Assembly (NCBI GenBank): GCA_964466185.1
Contig: CAYXMS010000003.1
Span: forward strand, 2,937-66,936
Direction of reading: 5' to 3'
Length of the DNA: 64,000 bases
Source: an uncultured bacterium
GTDB taxonomy: Bacteria; Chlamydiota; Chlamydiia; Chlamydiales; SM23-39
The notes under the pieces are model-generated. The model had not been told where the DNA came from. It searched no databases and saw only the letters and a list, made by a program, of their open reading frames with translations. Shown here piece by piece: positions 37,530 through 46,501 of the stretch (positions within the stretch are counted from its first letter, which is position 1; each line of letters begins with the position of its first letter). The position numbers and the translations under genes were made by a program.

Positions 37530-38624
37530 ATGCATAAAAAAGAAGGGTTTTTTATAGAATATTATTTTAAGTTAGCTTCTTTATTACAAGCTTCTCTCAA
37601 AAAAGGGCTTAATATAACTTTAAGGTCTTTGAGGAAATCTTTGGTTGTTAGTAGCTTAGTTTTGGCTTTATTATTTACAAGCGTTTTTCCTAAAAATATA
37701 AGTTCTTTAGAACCAAAAATTTATGCAAAAAAAGAAGTTTCTGTTCAAAATCAGGACATTGATTTATCTCAAAAAATCAAACCGGTGGTTAAAAAGCATC
37801 TGTCCGTACTTTCCTGGAACATTTGTTTTCAACCTTCTTTTGCTAAAGCCTGGCAAGATCAAATAGAGCCTTGGCAAAATCGAGTAAATCAAGTTGCTAA
37901 GACTATTTTAGAGGAAAATGCGGATATCGTCTGTTTGCAGGAAGTCTATGATTATAATTCTGCTGTTGCTTTAACTGATTTTTTAAAAGCGGGGGGGTAT
38001 AAGTATTTTTATTATGATATTGGAAAAAAAAGCTTGAAGGTCAACTCCGGACTTTTTGTCGCTAGTAAATATCCTGTAAAAAACGCTCATTTTACATCTC
38101 ATAAAAATTCTAAAAATGATTTAGAGTCATTTTTTGTAAATAAGGGATTTTTTGATTTTGAAATTTGGACCGGCCGGCAGAAAACTGCTCATATATTTGT
38201 AACTCATCTGCAGCATTCTACAAATGATCTGAATCCTCCAAAAATAGATCAGAAGATTAGAAAAGAGCAGCTTAAAGCTATTTTAACTGAAATAGAAAAA
38301 GATAAAGATACTCCAGTGCTGTTAGTCGGTGATTTTAATATGACCCCTGAAGAATATAAATCTTTAGAAGAGATTTCCCAGTTTCAAAACTTTCTTTTAC
38401 AAAAGAGCAAAAAAGCCAGATCTACTTATAGCGGAGTATTGGACAGTGATTTTGAAGCTAAGAAAAAAATAAATCTTACTCTGGACTATGCTATTTTAAG
38501 CGCTAAGCAAGACTCTGCTTTTTTGTTTACTCAGGTTTTAGATCGCCAAAATAAAAAAAACGGTTGCGATATCCTGTTGCTTTCAGACCATTTTCCCTTG
38601 AAAACGATAGTTAGTTTCCCTTAA
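37530..38624 (+). CDS. Endonuclease/exonuclease/phosphatase (EEP) family protein, neutral-sphingomyelinase-like, with N-terminal hydrophobic segment
   Basis: 364 aa with the catalytic set LSWNI, VCLQEV, VGDFNM and LSDHFPL. A hydrophobic stretch LVVSSLVLALLFTSVF lies near residue 40. Confidence 0.85.
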   Translation: MHKKEGFFIEYYFKLASLLQASLKKGLNITLRSLRKSLVVSSLVLALLFTSVFPKNISSLEPKIYAKKEVSVQNQDIDLSQKIKPVVKKHLSVLSWNICFQPSFAKAWQDQIEPWQNRVNQVAKTILEENADIVCLQEVYDYNSAVALTDFLKAGGYKYFYYDIGKKSLKVNSGLFVASKYPVKNAHFTSHKNSKNDLESFFVNKGFFDFEIWTGRQKTAHIFVTHLQHSTNDLNPPKIDQKIRKEQLKAILTEIEKDKDTPVLLVGDFNMTPEEYKSLEEISQFQNFLLQKSKKARSTYSGVLDSDFEAKKKINLTLDYAILSAKQDSAFLFTQVLDRQNKKNGCDILLLSDHFPLKTIVSFP

Positions 38625-38770
38625 ATTTATCTTAAAATTATTCATTTTAAATTTCTGTTTTGTGTTTTTTTTAACAATCTTTAAAAAATTAGCTAGAGAG
38701 GAATTAGGGTCTTTTGTTATCCTTTTTTCCAGATATAAAAAATAAATTATAGTTATTATTATTAGATTGA

Positions 38771-38843
38771 GGGGGCTTAGCTTAGTTGGTAGAGCGTCTG
38801 ATTTGCATTCAGAAGGTCAAGAGTTCGAATCTCTTAGCCTCCA
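38771..38843 (+). tRNA. tRNA-Ala (anticodon UGC)
   Basis: It folds as a cloverleaf by hand. The acceptor gggggct/agcctcc includes the G3:U70 identity pair. The anticodon loop is tttgcat and the T-arm is gagttcgaatctc. CCA is not encoded. Confidence 0.95.
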
Positions 38844-38860
38844 AAATTAAAATTCTCAAT

Positions 38861-38937
38861 GCGGTTATAGCTCAGTTGGTTAGAGCGCGACACTGATAAT
38901 GTCGAGGTCCCAAGTTCAAGTCTTGGTAACCGCACCA
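38861..38937 (+). tRNA. tRNA-Ile (anticodon GAU)
   Basis: The acceptor is gcggtta/taaccgc, the anticodon stem-loop is cgaca-ctgataa-tgtcg and the T-arm is caagttcaagtcttg. A 3' CCA is encoded at 38935-38937. Confidence 0.95.
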
Positions 38938-39044
38938 TTTGTAAATTCATTTAATTAGAAAAAAGATAACTCTAGGCTGCACAGGAAAAATTGCGAGCTT
39001 TATTACAGCAGCATTCATAATGGCTTAATGAAAATTATTAACAT

Positions 39045-39974
39045 TTAAGCAGCTGCTTTTTCTTTCTTTTTAACAATATATCCTTGTTTGAGTTCTTCTT
39101 GATAATGGATCCAGAGTCCTAGGATTACTATGCATGTTGAACCCAGAATAATTAAAGATGGTTTTTCGCCTAGAATTAGCCAACTGCTTAGGGATGCAAA
39201 AAAAGGGGAAAGCAGTCCCATGAAAGACATAAATGTAGCGGTAAATTTTTTAAGCAGGTAGCCATAAAGGTTGTAACCTAAGATATTGGAGATGCTAATA
39301 ATAACTAAGGTGCCTGCTAGAAAAGGAGCAATATGGCCTGTTGCGACAGGGACGGGTTGCCAAGTGTCTATAAAAAAAGAATGAATTAAAGCCAAAGCCC
39401 CGCCAAAAAGCATGCTTGATCCATTGGCATTAAGCGGTGACAAGTGGTGGTCCTTGACTAGAATACGCAGTAAAATCCAGCTATAAACGGCAAAAAGAGC
39501 GGCTCCTACAACAGATAGTTCTGCTAAAGAAACTGAAAAAAAATTGCCGCTTAAAAATTCGTTTTTCGATTGCATGTATAAAGCAGGTAAAATGCCGCAA
39601 AATCCAACGAACATGCCGAGCCATTTTTTGGGGGTCATTTTTTCTTTAAAGTGTATGTAGGAAAAAAAAGCAGCAAAAAAGGGCGACAAACTATATATAA
39701 AACAAGTTTTGGAGGCGCTTAAATATTTCAGTCCCCAAAATTCTAAAATATTAACTAGATAAATGTTTAAAAAGCCTAAGATTAAAACAGCTGTCAGCTG
39801 TTTTTTATTTAGCTTTAGGGGTTTTTTCTTAAATATGAGATAGCCCAAAATAATAAAAGCTGCAATTAACATACGAACAGCAGTTAAAAAAACAGGAGTC
39901 GAATAAGCCAAAGTCATTTTGCTGATAGCAAAAACAGAAGACCACATAGCAAAAAGAAAAACTACTAAAAACAT
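39045..39974 (-). CDS. EamA/DMT-superfamily transporter
   Basis: 309 aa with 10 TM spans as two EamA-like halves. Confidence 0.85.
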   Translation of the reverse strand: MFLVVFLFAMWSSVFAISKMTLAYSTPVFLTAVRMLIAAFIILGYLIFKKKPLKLNKKQLTAVLILGFLNIYLVNILEFWGLKYLSASKTCFIYSLSPFFAAFFSYIHFKEKMTPKKWLGMFVGFCGILPALYMQSKNEFLSGNFFSVSLAELSVVGAALFAVYSWILLRILVKDHHLSPLNANGSSMLFGGALALIHSFFIDTWQPVPVATGHIAPFLAGTLVIISISNILGYNLYGYLLKKFTATFMSFMGLLSPFFASLSSWLILGEKPSLIILGSTCIVILGLWIHYQEELKQGYIVKKKEKAAA

Positions 39975-40270
39975 AAATTACATCCTTAGTTTTATTTTGG
40001 GTTTTAGGCTTTAAGTTATTGTATCATTCTAAAAATATAAATTTTTTAAAAAATGTATTTTTAGGTTCAAAATTTTCATATATTATACCTTGAAATAATA
40101 AGATTGGCAATCTTTTAAGTTTGTCGATGTATTGGATAAATAGAAAAAGCGGCTGAGTGAATAGAAAATGATTATTAGATTAAAAATAATTTTTTAATAA
40201 AAAAAAAGATAAAAAACTAGTCTTTTTTAGTCTGTTGAAGTAGCCTGTAAAGGTATTTTTTTAAAAAGCA

Positions 40271-40735
40271 GTGAGAAAAATGGTCGGGTTTGTAAATATT
40301 TTTCGTAAAGTAAAAATTTTAAAAAAAAGTTTTTTTTGGTTTTTAGTATTCATATTTATTCCTTATGTTTATTTGGCTGCTGTAGAAGGGGATTTTTATC
40401 ATGTCTGTGTTCAGGACAGTGAAAAATCTTTTGCCATAAATCTAAAAAGTGAAAAAATGTATTCTACGGCTCGTTATTTGCAAGTGGTATATTTGAAATT
40501 AAAATTGCCGATGAATGGTGAAAAAGGGTTGATTTCTGCAAAACTGGAAATAGATTATTCAGCGCCAACGTCTTCAGTAATCGGTTCCTTTCGAGGCGTA
40601 TTGGAATTTTTTAAAGGGGTTTCCCTTCCCAAGCTGGTGCCTGGTAAATATATGCTAGTTTTAGACTCTATGGTTTATGGAATAATAGACATTTCTAAAA
40701 AAGGTGTTTTTTTCCAGTCTTTTATTGAATATTGA
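40271..40735 (+). CDS. Hypothetical exported or membrane-anchored protein
   Basis: 154 aa, GTG start, with one N-terminal hydrophobic span. I recognise no motif. Confidence 0.4.
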   Translation: MRKMVGFVNIFRKVKILKKSFFWFLVFIFIPYVYLAAVEGDFYHVCVQDSEKSFAINLKSEKMYSTARYLQVVYLKLKLPMNGEKGLISAKLEIDYSAPTSSVIGSFRGVLEFFKGVSLPKLVPGKYMLVLDSMVYGIIDISKKGVFFQSFIEY

Positions 40736-40875
40736 AAGTGTAATATTAATAGTGTATTATTAAGTTCTTTATTGTTTGTGATGTCGTATTAGTTTAATTC
40801 CTATGTATTTAATGCATCAGTAATTATTATATAGAATTGTTATTTTTATTTTATTAATTTATTTGAAGCTTTTTT

Positions 40876-41550
40876 ATGAATGAGTTGATTTTTGGCAGTC
40901 ATTTATTGGTAAATCTGGTTTTTTTACTAGGCGCTTTAAGATTTGGTAAAAAAACACTTATGATTTTTTTTGTTTTAGAATCTTTATTAGCGAATATTTT
41001 CGTACTCAAACAAATTTCTTTGTTTGGTCTGAGCTTGACGGCTTCTGATGTTTATGTCGTGGGAGCTATTTTAGCTTTAAACCTGTTGCAAGAATATTTT
41101 GGTAAAAAGGAAGCAAAAAAAGCGGTTTTTTTAGCTTTTTTTGCTATGACTTTATTTACAGTGATGTCGCAGCTGCATTTGTATTATCTGCCAAGTCCGG
41201 CAGATTTTGCAGCTTCAGCTTATAGCACGATTTTAAAACTTATGCCCAGGCTAGCTGTTTTTTCCGTGCTGGTTTTTTTAATAGTTCAGAAAGTAGATCT
41301 GGAAGTTTTTGCTTTTTTGAAAAAAAAATGTGCCAAAAGTTTCTTTTTGCGTTTGGGAGGAGCTAGCATTGTCTCCCAATCTATAGATACTGTTTTGTTT
41401 AGTTTATTGGCTTTATATGGGCAGCTAGAAAAGATTTCTCACGTCATATTATTTGCTCTTGTTATTAAATATTTTTCGATTCTGACCTCGTCTTTAATAA
41501 TTGCGTTTTTAAAACCAATTAAACCTTTGCAAGGTCAGTATGAAATTTGA
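40876..41550 (+). CDS. yhhQ: Queuosine-precursor/queuine transporter, YhhQ (DUF165) family
   Basis: 224 aa, 6 TM. It has YhhQ-like segments (ASDVYVVGAILALNLLQEYFGKKEAKKAV, SQSIDTVLFSLLALYG) and overlaps the tgt start by 11 nt. Confidence 0.7.
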   Translation: MNELIFGSHLLVNLVFLLGALRFGKKTLMIFFVLESLLANIFVLKQISLFGLSLTASDVYVVGAILALNLLQEYFGKKEAKKAVFLAFFAMTLFTVMSQLHLYYLPSPADFAASAYSTILKLMPRLAVFSVLVFLIVQKVDLEVFAFLKKKCAKSFFLRLGGASIVSQSIDTVLFSLLALYGQLEKISHVILFALVIKYFSILTSSLIIAFLKPIKPLQGQYEI

Positions 41551-42661
41551 AATTTTGCACCAGTCTCAAAAATCTAAAGCCCGCATTGGCAGAATCCATA
41601 CTCCTCATGGAATTATTGATACTCCTAATTTTGTAGCTGTTGGAACTAATGGTACAATTAAAGCTTTAGACAGCGAAATGGTGAAAAAGATCGGCCTTCA
41701 GCTGATGTTTTGCAATACCTACCATTTGCTGCTGCAGCCAGGAGCGGAAGTAGTAGCAAGCGCCGGCGGTTTGCATAAGTTTATGCAAAGAAAACAGCCG
41801 ATTATCACCGATTCAGGAGGATTCCAGGTATTTTCCTTGGCCTACGGCTCTGTAGCGGAAGAGCTCAAAAGTAAAGGTCAGAAAAAATTGGATCGCTTAG
41901 TTTTAAAAATATCAGAAGACGGTGTTTTATTTCGCTCTTATCGAGATGGAAGCAAAATTTTACTGTCTCCTGAAAGTTCTATTGCAGCCCAAAAAAAGTT
42001 GGGCGCCGACATTATTATTCCCTTCGATGAATTGCCCCCATATCATTTGGACTATCGGAAATTGGAAGAATCTTTAGAGAGAACCCATCGCTGGGAAAAA
42101 AGATCTTTAGAAGCCCATTTAAAAAATGTTAAAAATCAGGCTATGTATGCTGTAATTCATGGAGGCATTAATAAAGATTTGAGAAAAAAAAGCTGTAATT
42201 ATTTAGAAAAACTGCCTTTTGATGGTTTTGCTATAGGAGGTTCTGTTGGTAAAAATAAAGACGAAATGGTGGAAATGCTTTCTTTTACATTGCCTTTTTT
42301 ACCGAAGAACAAACCTAATCATCTTTTGGGGATTGGAGATTTGGAGTCTTTGACCAGATCAATTCCTTTGGGTATTGATACTTTTGATAGTTCTTACCCG
42401 ACACGCGCAGCGCGACATGGCATGATTTTAACGAAAAGAAAAATATTAAAAATTTCTAGAACGGCATACGCGTTAGATTTCAGACCTTTGGAACAAGACT
42501 GCTCCTGCTATGTCTGTCAAAATTATTCCAGGGCTTATTTGAATCATTTATTTAAGGCCTCTGAACTGACGGCTTATATGCTGGCTACGGTCCATAACCT
42601 GCATTTCATGGTCAGATTAATGGCGGACTTTCGAGAAAAAATTGCCGATGATCTAATCTGA
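41540..42661 (+). CDS. tgt: tRNA-guanine transglycosylase
   Basis: 373 aa with TPNFVAVGT, FCNTYHL, TDSGGFQV, GFAIGG and the Zn site CSCYVCQNYSRAYLNHL. Confidence 0.95.
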   Translation: MKFEILHQSQKSKARIGRIHTPHGIIDTPNFVAVGTNGTIKALDSEMVKKIGLQLMFCNTYHLLLQPGAEVVASAGGLHKFMQRKQPIITDSGGFQVFSLAYGSVAEELKSKGQKKLDRLVLKISEDGVLFRSYRDGSKILLSPESSIAAQKKLGADIIIPFDELPPYHLDYRKLEESLERTHRWEKRSLEAHLKNVKNQAMYAVIHGGINKDLRKKSCNYLEKLPFDGFAIGGSVGKNKDEMVEMLSFTLPFLPKNKPNHLLGIGDLESLTRSIPLGIDTFDSSYPTRAARHGMILTKRKILKISRTAYALDFRPLEQDCSCYVCQNYSRAYLNHLFKASELTAYMLATVHNLHFMVRLMADFREKIADDLI

Positions 42662-42740
42662 TCCGGTTTATTTTTTACTTCAAAAATTTTCTCTTTTAGA
42701 GCATTATTTTATTTTTATTATAAGGTAAGTTAAATTGCTT

Positions 42741-42785
42741 TAGTCAATCACCCCTCCCTAAAGGGAGAGGCTTGAGCCGTGAGGA
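42741..42785 (-). repeat. Dispersed hairpin element copy
   Basis: The minus strand reads caagcctctccctttagggaggggtgattgacta (ASPFREG*), with the hairpin cctccct/aaa/gggagagg. Confidence 0.55.
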
Positions 42786-43098
42786 ACAAGGGAAACTGGT
42801 TGATTAGGGAGCACAAAGGAAACTTTATGCAGCAGTTGGTTAGAAGAGATTACATACACACCTTGGAATGTTTTAGCCGGTGGCTGTTCGCAAGTTCCAA
42901 GCTCTGTGGTTGGCGGTTAAATGTCGTGAGGGGTAAAGGCTGTGCTGCCAGCTTAAAAATGCTTTCCAACAATCTCGATGCGACTTTAACCGCAGAGGGA
43001 GGCGGGACAGAACTTTATGCTTTTGCATATCTTTATTGTTTCTGCCCTAATTTTTTAACAATTAACGGAGGGGCAGCATTTCTTCCAACATTGAAAGA
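42748..43098 (-). pseudogene. GC-rich non-coding relic, very tentatively the decayed 3' end of an IS200/IS605-type tnpB-like gene
   Basis: A single minus frame of 117 codons has 3 internal stops. It reads SFNVGRNAAPPLIVKKLG...FNRQPQSLE...TAQASPFREG* and runs straight into the hairpin element. Line 42901-42960 is 30/60 G+C. Confidence 0.25.
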
Positions 43099-43124
43099 AG
43101 TTGGTTTCCATGCTGTCGGTTTTT

Positions 43125-44117
43125 ATGAAGGAAGTTAAAAGGATTGCAGTAACCGGCGGGGGAGGGCAGATAGGCTATAGCTTGCTTTTTAGAATCGCTG
43201 CAGGAGATCTGCTGGGAAAAGATCAGCCAATCGAACTTTGCATGCATGATATTGAAGAAAATGTCAGCTCGCTTTTAAAGGGAGTTGCCATGGAATTAGA
43301 GGATAGCTGTTATCCGCTTTTGAAAAAGATTGTTATCAGTTCTAATTTAGAAACAGTTTTTGAAGGGGTAGATATTGCTATTTTAGTAGGAGCCAAGCCT
43401 AGGGGTCCTGGAATGCAGAGAAAAGATTTAATTCAGGACAACGCTGCTTTTTTTCGAATGCAGGGACATGCTTTAAATTGTGTTGGCAAACAAAATGCCT
43501 TAGTTTTTGTAGTCGGCAATCCTTGTAATACCAATTGCTTAATAGCTCTTCATCATGCGCCGAATTTGTGTAGGAATAATTTTCATGCTATGACTAGACT
43601 GGATCAAAACAGGGCGGTTTTTCAGCTGTCTGAAAAAGCTCAAGTTGACTTTGAAAAAGTTAAAAAAGTTGCGGTTTGGGGAAATCATTCTAATACTTTG
43701 GTAGTTGATTGTTTTAATGCTGAAATTGATGGAAAGCCTCTTTTACAAAAAATTACAGATACAAAATGGCTGGAAAACGAGTTTTTGCAAATTATTCAGC
43801 AAAGAGGAGCTGAGATTATTAAAATGCGGAAAAAATCGTCGGCAGCTTCTGCAACCCAGGCTATTTTGGATGGGATTAATTCTATTTTAAGTCTTACTGA
43901 AAAAAATAATTTTTATTCTTCCTCTGTTTTATCGGATCATAATCCATATGGCATTGAAGAGGATCTGATTTTTTCTTTTCCCATTAAAACCGACCGCAAT
44001 TTAAGCTGGAAAATTGTGACGAACTTAAAAATTAATAGTTTTTTAGAAGAAAAAATAAAAATTTCGGAAAAAGAACTGATATTAGAAAGGGATGCAGTTG
44101 CACATTTGTTAAAATAA
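43125..44117 (+). CDS. mdh: Malate dehydrogenase (LDH-like type 2, NAD-dependent)
   Basis: The ATG at 43125 gives MKEVKRIAVTGGGGQIGYSLLFRIAAG. Other motifs are VGNPCNTN and WGNHS. Confidence 0.93.
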   Translation: MKEVKRIAVTGGGGQIGYSLLFRIAAGDLLGKDQPIELCMHDIEENVSSLLKGVAMELEDSCYPLLKKIVISSNLETVFEGVDIAILVGAKPRGPGMQRKDLIQDNAAFFRMQGHALNCVGKQNALVFVVGNPCNTNCLIALHHAPNLCRNNFHAMTRLDQNRAVFQLSEKAQVDFEKVKKVAVWGNHSNTLVVDCFNAEIDGKPLLQKITDTKWLENEFLQIIQQRGAEIIKMRKKSSAASATQAILDGINSILSLTEKNNFYSSSVLSDHNPYGIEEDLIFSFPIKTDRNLSWKIVTNLKINSFLEEKIKISEKELILERDAVAHLLK

Positions 44118-44173
44118 CAAACAAAAAACTAGAAAATGCCCGAAAAACAGTAACGGGAGGTATTAAGTTTATC

Positions 44174-44851
44174 ATGTTTATAAATAATTTGAAAATTGAA
44201 TTGAAAAATAGCTGGTTTGGTTTTTGTTTTGTTTTTTTATTTATTTCGGCAATTTCCGCTCAGGCCATGAATACATTTTCTACTAAGACTGTTTTAATCG
44301 GCCAAAATGACAGCCAATTAGAAAAAAGTCTTGGCAAGAAAACAGTTGTCGTTTTGAAAACTACAAAAGGTCGGATTGATATTTTGCTCTGGCCTGATAT
44401 AGCCCCTTTAGCTTGTGAGAACTTTGAAAGATTAGTGGAAAAAGGATATTATGATGGTGTTTTATTTCATCGTGTAGTTAAAGATTTTATGATTCAAACA
44501 GGCGATCCTACAGGTACTGGCAAAGGCGGAAAATCCATTTGGGGAAAACCGTTTAAAAATGAAATTAATTCCCATGTAAAATTTCATAAAGCAGGATTGG
44601 TGGCTATGGCTAACAGCGGGCCTGATACCAATGGTTCGCAGTTTTTTATTACTACCAGGCCCTCTCCTTGGTTAAATGGTAAATATACAATTTTTGGCGT
44701 TGTCTTAAGAGGCATGGGCGCTGTTGAAAAAATAGAAAATGTATCTGTTGATAATAAAGATCGTCCTTTGAAAAAGGAAAAAATTATTAAAGCTTATGTA
44801 ACTAAGCGTTACGCTAGAAACAAAAATTATGCAAAAGATGGTGAATTATGA
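44174..44851 (+). CDS. Cyclophilin-type peptidyl-prolyl isomerase, exported
   Basis: 225 aa with a signal-like N-terminus. Motifs are FHRVVKDFMIQTGDPTGTGKGGKSIWG and NSGPDTNGSQFFIT. Confidence 0.93.
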   Translation: MFINNLKIELKNSWFGFCFVFLFISAISAQAMNTFSTKTVLIGQNDSQLEKSLGKKTVVVLKTTKGRIDILLWPDIAPLACENFERLVEKGYYDGVLFHRVVKDFMIQTGDPTGTGKGGKSIWGKPFKNEINSHVKFHKAGLVAMANSGPDTNGSQFFITTRPSPWLNGKYTIFGVVLRGMGAVEKIENVSVDNKDRPLKKEKIIKAYVTKRYARNKNYAKDGEL

Positions 44852-45657
44852 GTTTAAAAGATTTGGAATTTTGTTTTAACCGGGCTTTGCATTACACTTT
44901 TTCTAAAAAAAAGTTCTGGATGGTTTTTCCAGTTTTGATTCTTTGCGGAATTTTAGTAGTTTTTTGCCGGGCTTTAGCTTTGGGTTCGATTAGTTGGATT
45001 GCTCTTTCCATGATCTTTTTGCCGATTTTTCTCTGCGCCGGGATCTTGCTGGCTTTAGGAACTTTGCTTTGTAGGATTTATTATCATGAGGTGAAAAGTC
45101 TGACTTTTCATGTAAAGGAGATTTTTAGTAAGTCTTTAGATTTGATTATCGGTACTATTTATTTGTCTTTGCCTCCTATCCTGGTCTATCTTTTGCTTTG
45201 GGCTTTTGAAGGTGTGTTTATGCTTTTAAAGGAAATCCCGACAATCGGACAATATATGGGCGTATTTTTATCGATTGCTCCTTTTTTGATTACGTTGGCT
45301 TCCATATTTTTGGTTATTTTTTCTTTTACCCTTTTGTTTTATGCCACACCTGTAATTGCTTTTCAGGAAAAAGAAAAACTGATTGTCTTTAAAAAAATCA
45401 GAGAGGTGACTAAAGAAAATATTTTCCGTTCGGCCATGCTTTTTATCCTTGCCATTTTGCCTTTGTTAGTTATTGTCGCTCTTTTAATCTTGGCAGCTTA
45501 TATTACAAATTTGCATTATTCTCTAAGCCTTGATTTGTTAATGGTTACAATTAAATGGTTTTTTATCATGTTGCCGTTTTGTTTTTTTATCAGTTTTGCC
45601 ATTATTTTCTTTTTTAATTTTGCCTCCGAGAGTTATAACTTGCTTAGAAAGGGATAA
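44848..45657 (+). CDS. Polytopic membrane protein, unknown function
   Basis: 269 aa with about 6 TM spans. Its start overlaps the PPIase stop (ATGA). Confidence 0.5.
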   Translation: MSLKDLEFCFNRALHYTFSKKKFWMVFPVLILCGILVVFCRALALGSISWIALSMIFLPIFLCAGILLALGTLLCRIYYHEVKSLTFHVKEIFSKSLDLIIGTIYLSLPPILVYLLLWAFEGVFMLLKEIPTIGQYMGVFLSIAPFLITLASIFLVIFSFTLLFYATPVIAFQEKEKLIVFKKIREVTKENIFRSAMLFILAILPLLVIVALLILAAYITNLHYSLSLDLLMVTIKWFFIMLPFCFFISFAIIFFFNFASESYNLLRKG

Positions 45658-45709
45658 TTACAAAAAAAGCTTTTTAGCAGTTTGAAAGTTTTATAAGTCA
45701 GGACTTAAA

Positions 45710-46501
45710 ATGAAAGCCCAGTTACTTTTTTTAGGAACAGGAGCATCTACCGGGATTCCTCAAATTGGCTGTAACTGCGCTGTATGTAAATCAAAGTTTA
45801 AGAAAAATAAAAGACTCAGGCCCTCTGCCTTATTAAAAATCTCCGGCAAAAGAATTTTAATTGATGTAGCCCCGGATTTTCGCGGGATGGCTCTGAAACA
45901 TCGGATTAATCATCTGCATGGTCTGATATTAACCCATGTCCATTATGATCATATTGGCGGGCTGGATGATTTAAGAATTTATTATTTAGATGATAGAAAA
46001 CCTATAGACTGTTTGCTTTCTGAAAGTTCTTATCGAGAATTGAAAAAACGCTACGGATATCTGTTTAAGAAAAAAGAGCATAAAACCTCTTTAAGTGTAG
46101 AGTTTGATTTTCAGGTTTTAAAAAAAACTTTTGGTTTTACTTATTTTCAAAACCTGGAAGTTGAATATTTTTCTTATTTTCAAAAGAACATGAAAGTTAC
46201 CGGCTATCGTTTTGGTGATTTGGCCTATATCACAGATATTTCAGAATATAGTCCGAAACTGATTAAAACTTTAAAAGGCGTTAAAACTTTAATTTTAAGT
46301 GCTCTTAGGGAAAATTTTTCTCCTGTGCATTTTAATTTTAAAAAAGCTTTGGCTTTTATTAAAAAAGTGCAGCCTGAGAAAGTCTATTTGACTCATTTGG
46401 CCCATGAAGTAGATCATAAAAAAGTTGAGCAAAAATTACCGCCAAATGTGTTTTTAGCTTTTGACGGACTGCAAATTGAATTTAAATATGATAGAACATA
46501 A
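45710..46501 (+). CDS. MBL-fold metallo-hydrolase (PhnP-like)
   Basis: 263 aa with LGTGASTGIPQIGCNCAVC and THVHYDHIGG. Confidence 0.8.
   Translation: MKAQLLFLGTGASTGIPQIGCNCAVCKSKFKKNKRLRPSALLKISGKRILIDVAPDFRGMALKHRINHLHGLILTHVHYDHIGGLDDLRIYYLDDRKPIDCLLSESSYRELKKRYGYLFKKKEHKTSLSVEFDFQVLKKTFGFTYFQNLEVEYFSYFQKNMKVTGYRFGDLAYITDISEYSPKLIKTLKGVKTLILSALRENFSPVHFNFKKALAFIKKVQPEKVYLTHLAHEVDHKKVEQKLPPNVFLAFDGLQIEFKYDRT

Noticed and set aside
40736-40875. A preQ1 or other riboswitch upstream of yhhQ-tgt. The spacer 10440-10628 upstream of the small membrane protein was checked as well.
   Set aside because: I could find no conserved riboswitch core, such as the preQ1-I stem-loop with an A-rich tail. 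The sequence is simple and AT-rich.
42740-43100. RNase P RNA (rnpB), tmRNA or SRP RNA in the GC-rich tgt-mdh spacer. Strings such as gcttgagccgtgagg, gaggaacaaggg, ggggtaaaggctgtgc and gggacagaac superficially recall M1 RNA segments.
   Set aside because: The order of the look-alike segments is wrong for RNase P, because the P15-like string comes first. The universally conserved GAGGAAAGUCC is not present. The candidate P4 strands are a direct repeat (aactttatgc twice), not complementary. There is no tRNA-like 3' end or tag ORF for tmRNA, and no SRP domain IV motif.
42779-43138. The 119-aa + strand ORF as a real gene.
   Set aside because: It has no recognisable motif or RBS and runs into the mdh start. 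It is most simply a stop-free frame caused by locally high GC. It remains an alternative explanation in the corresponding finding.
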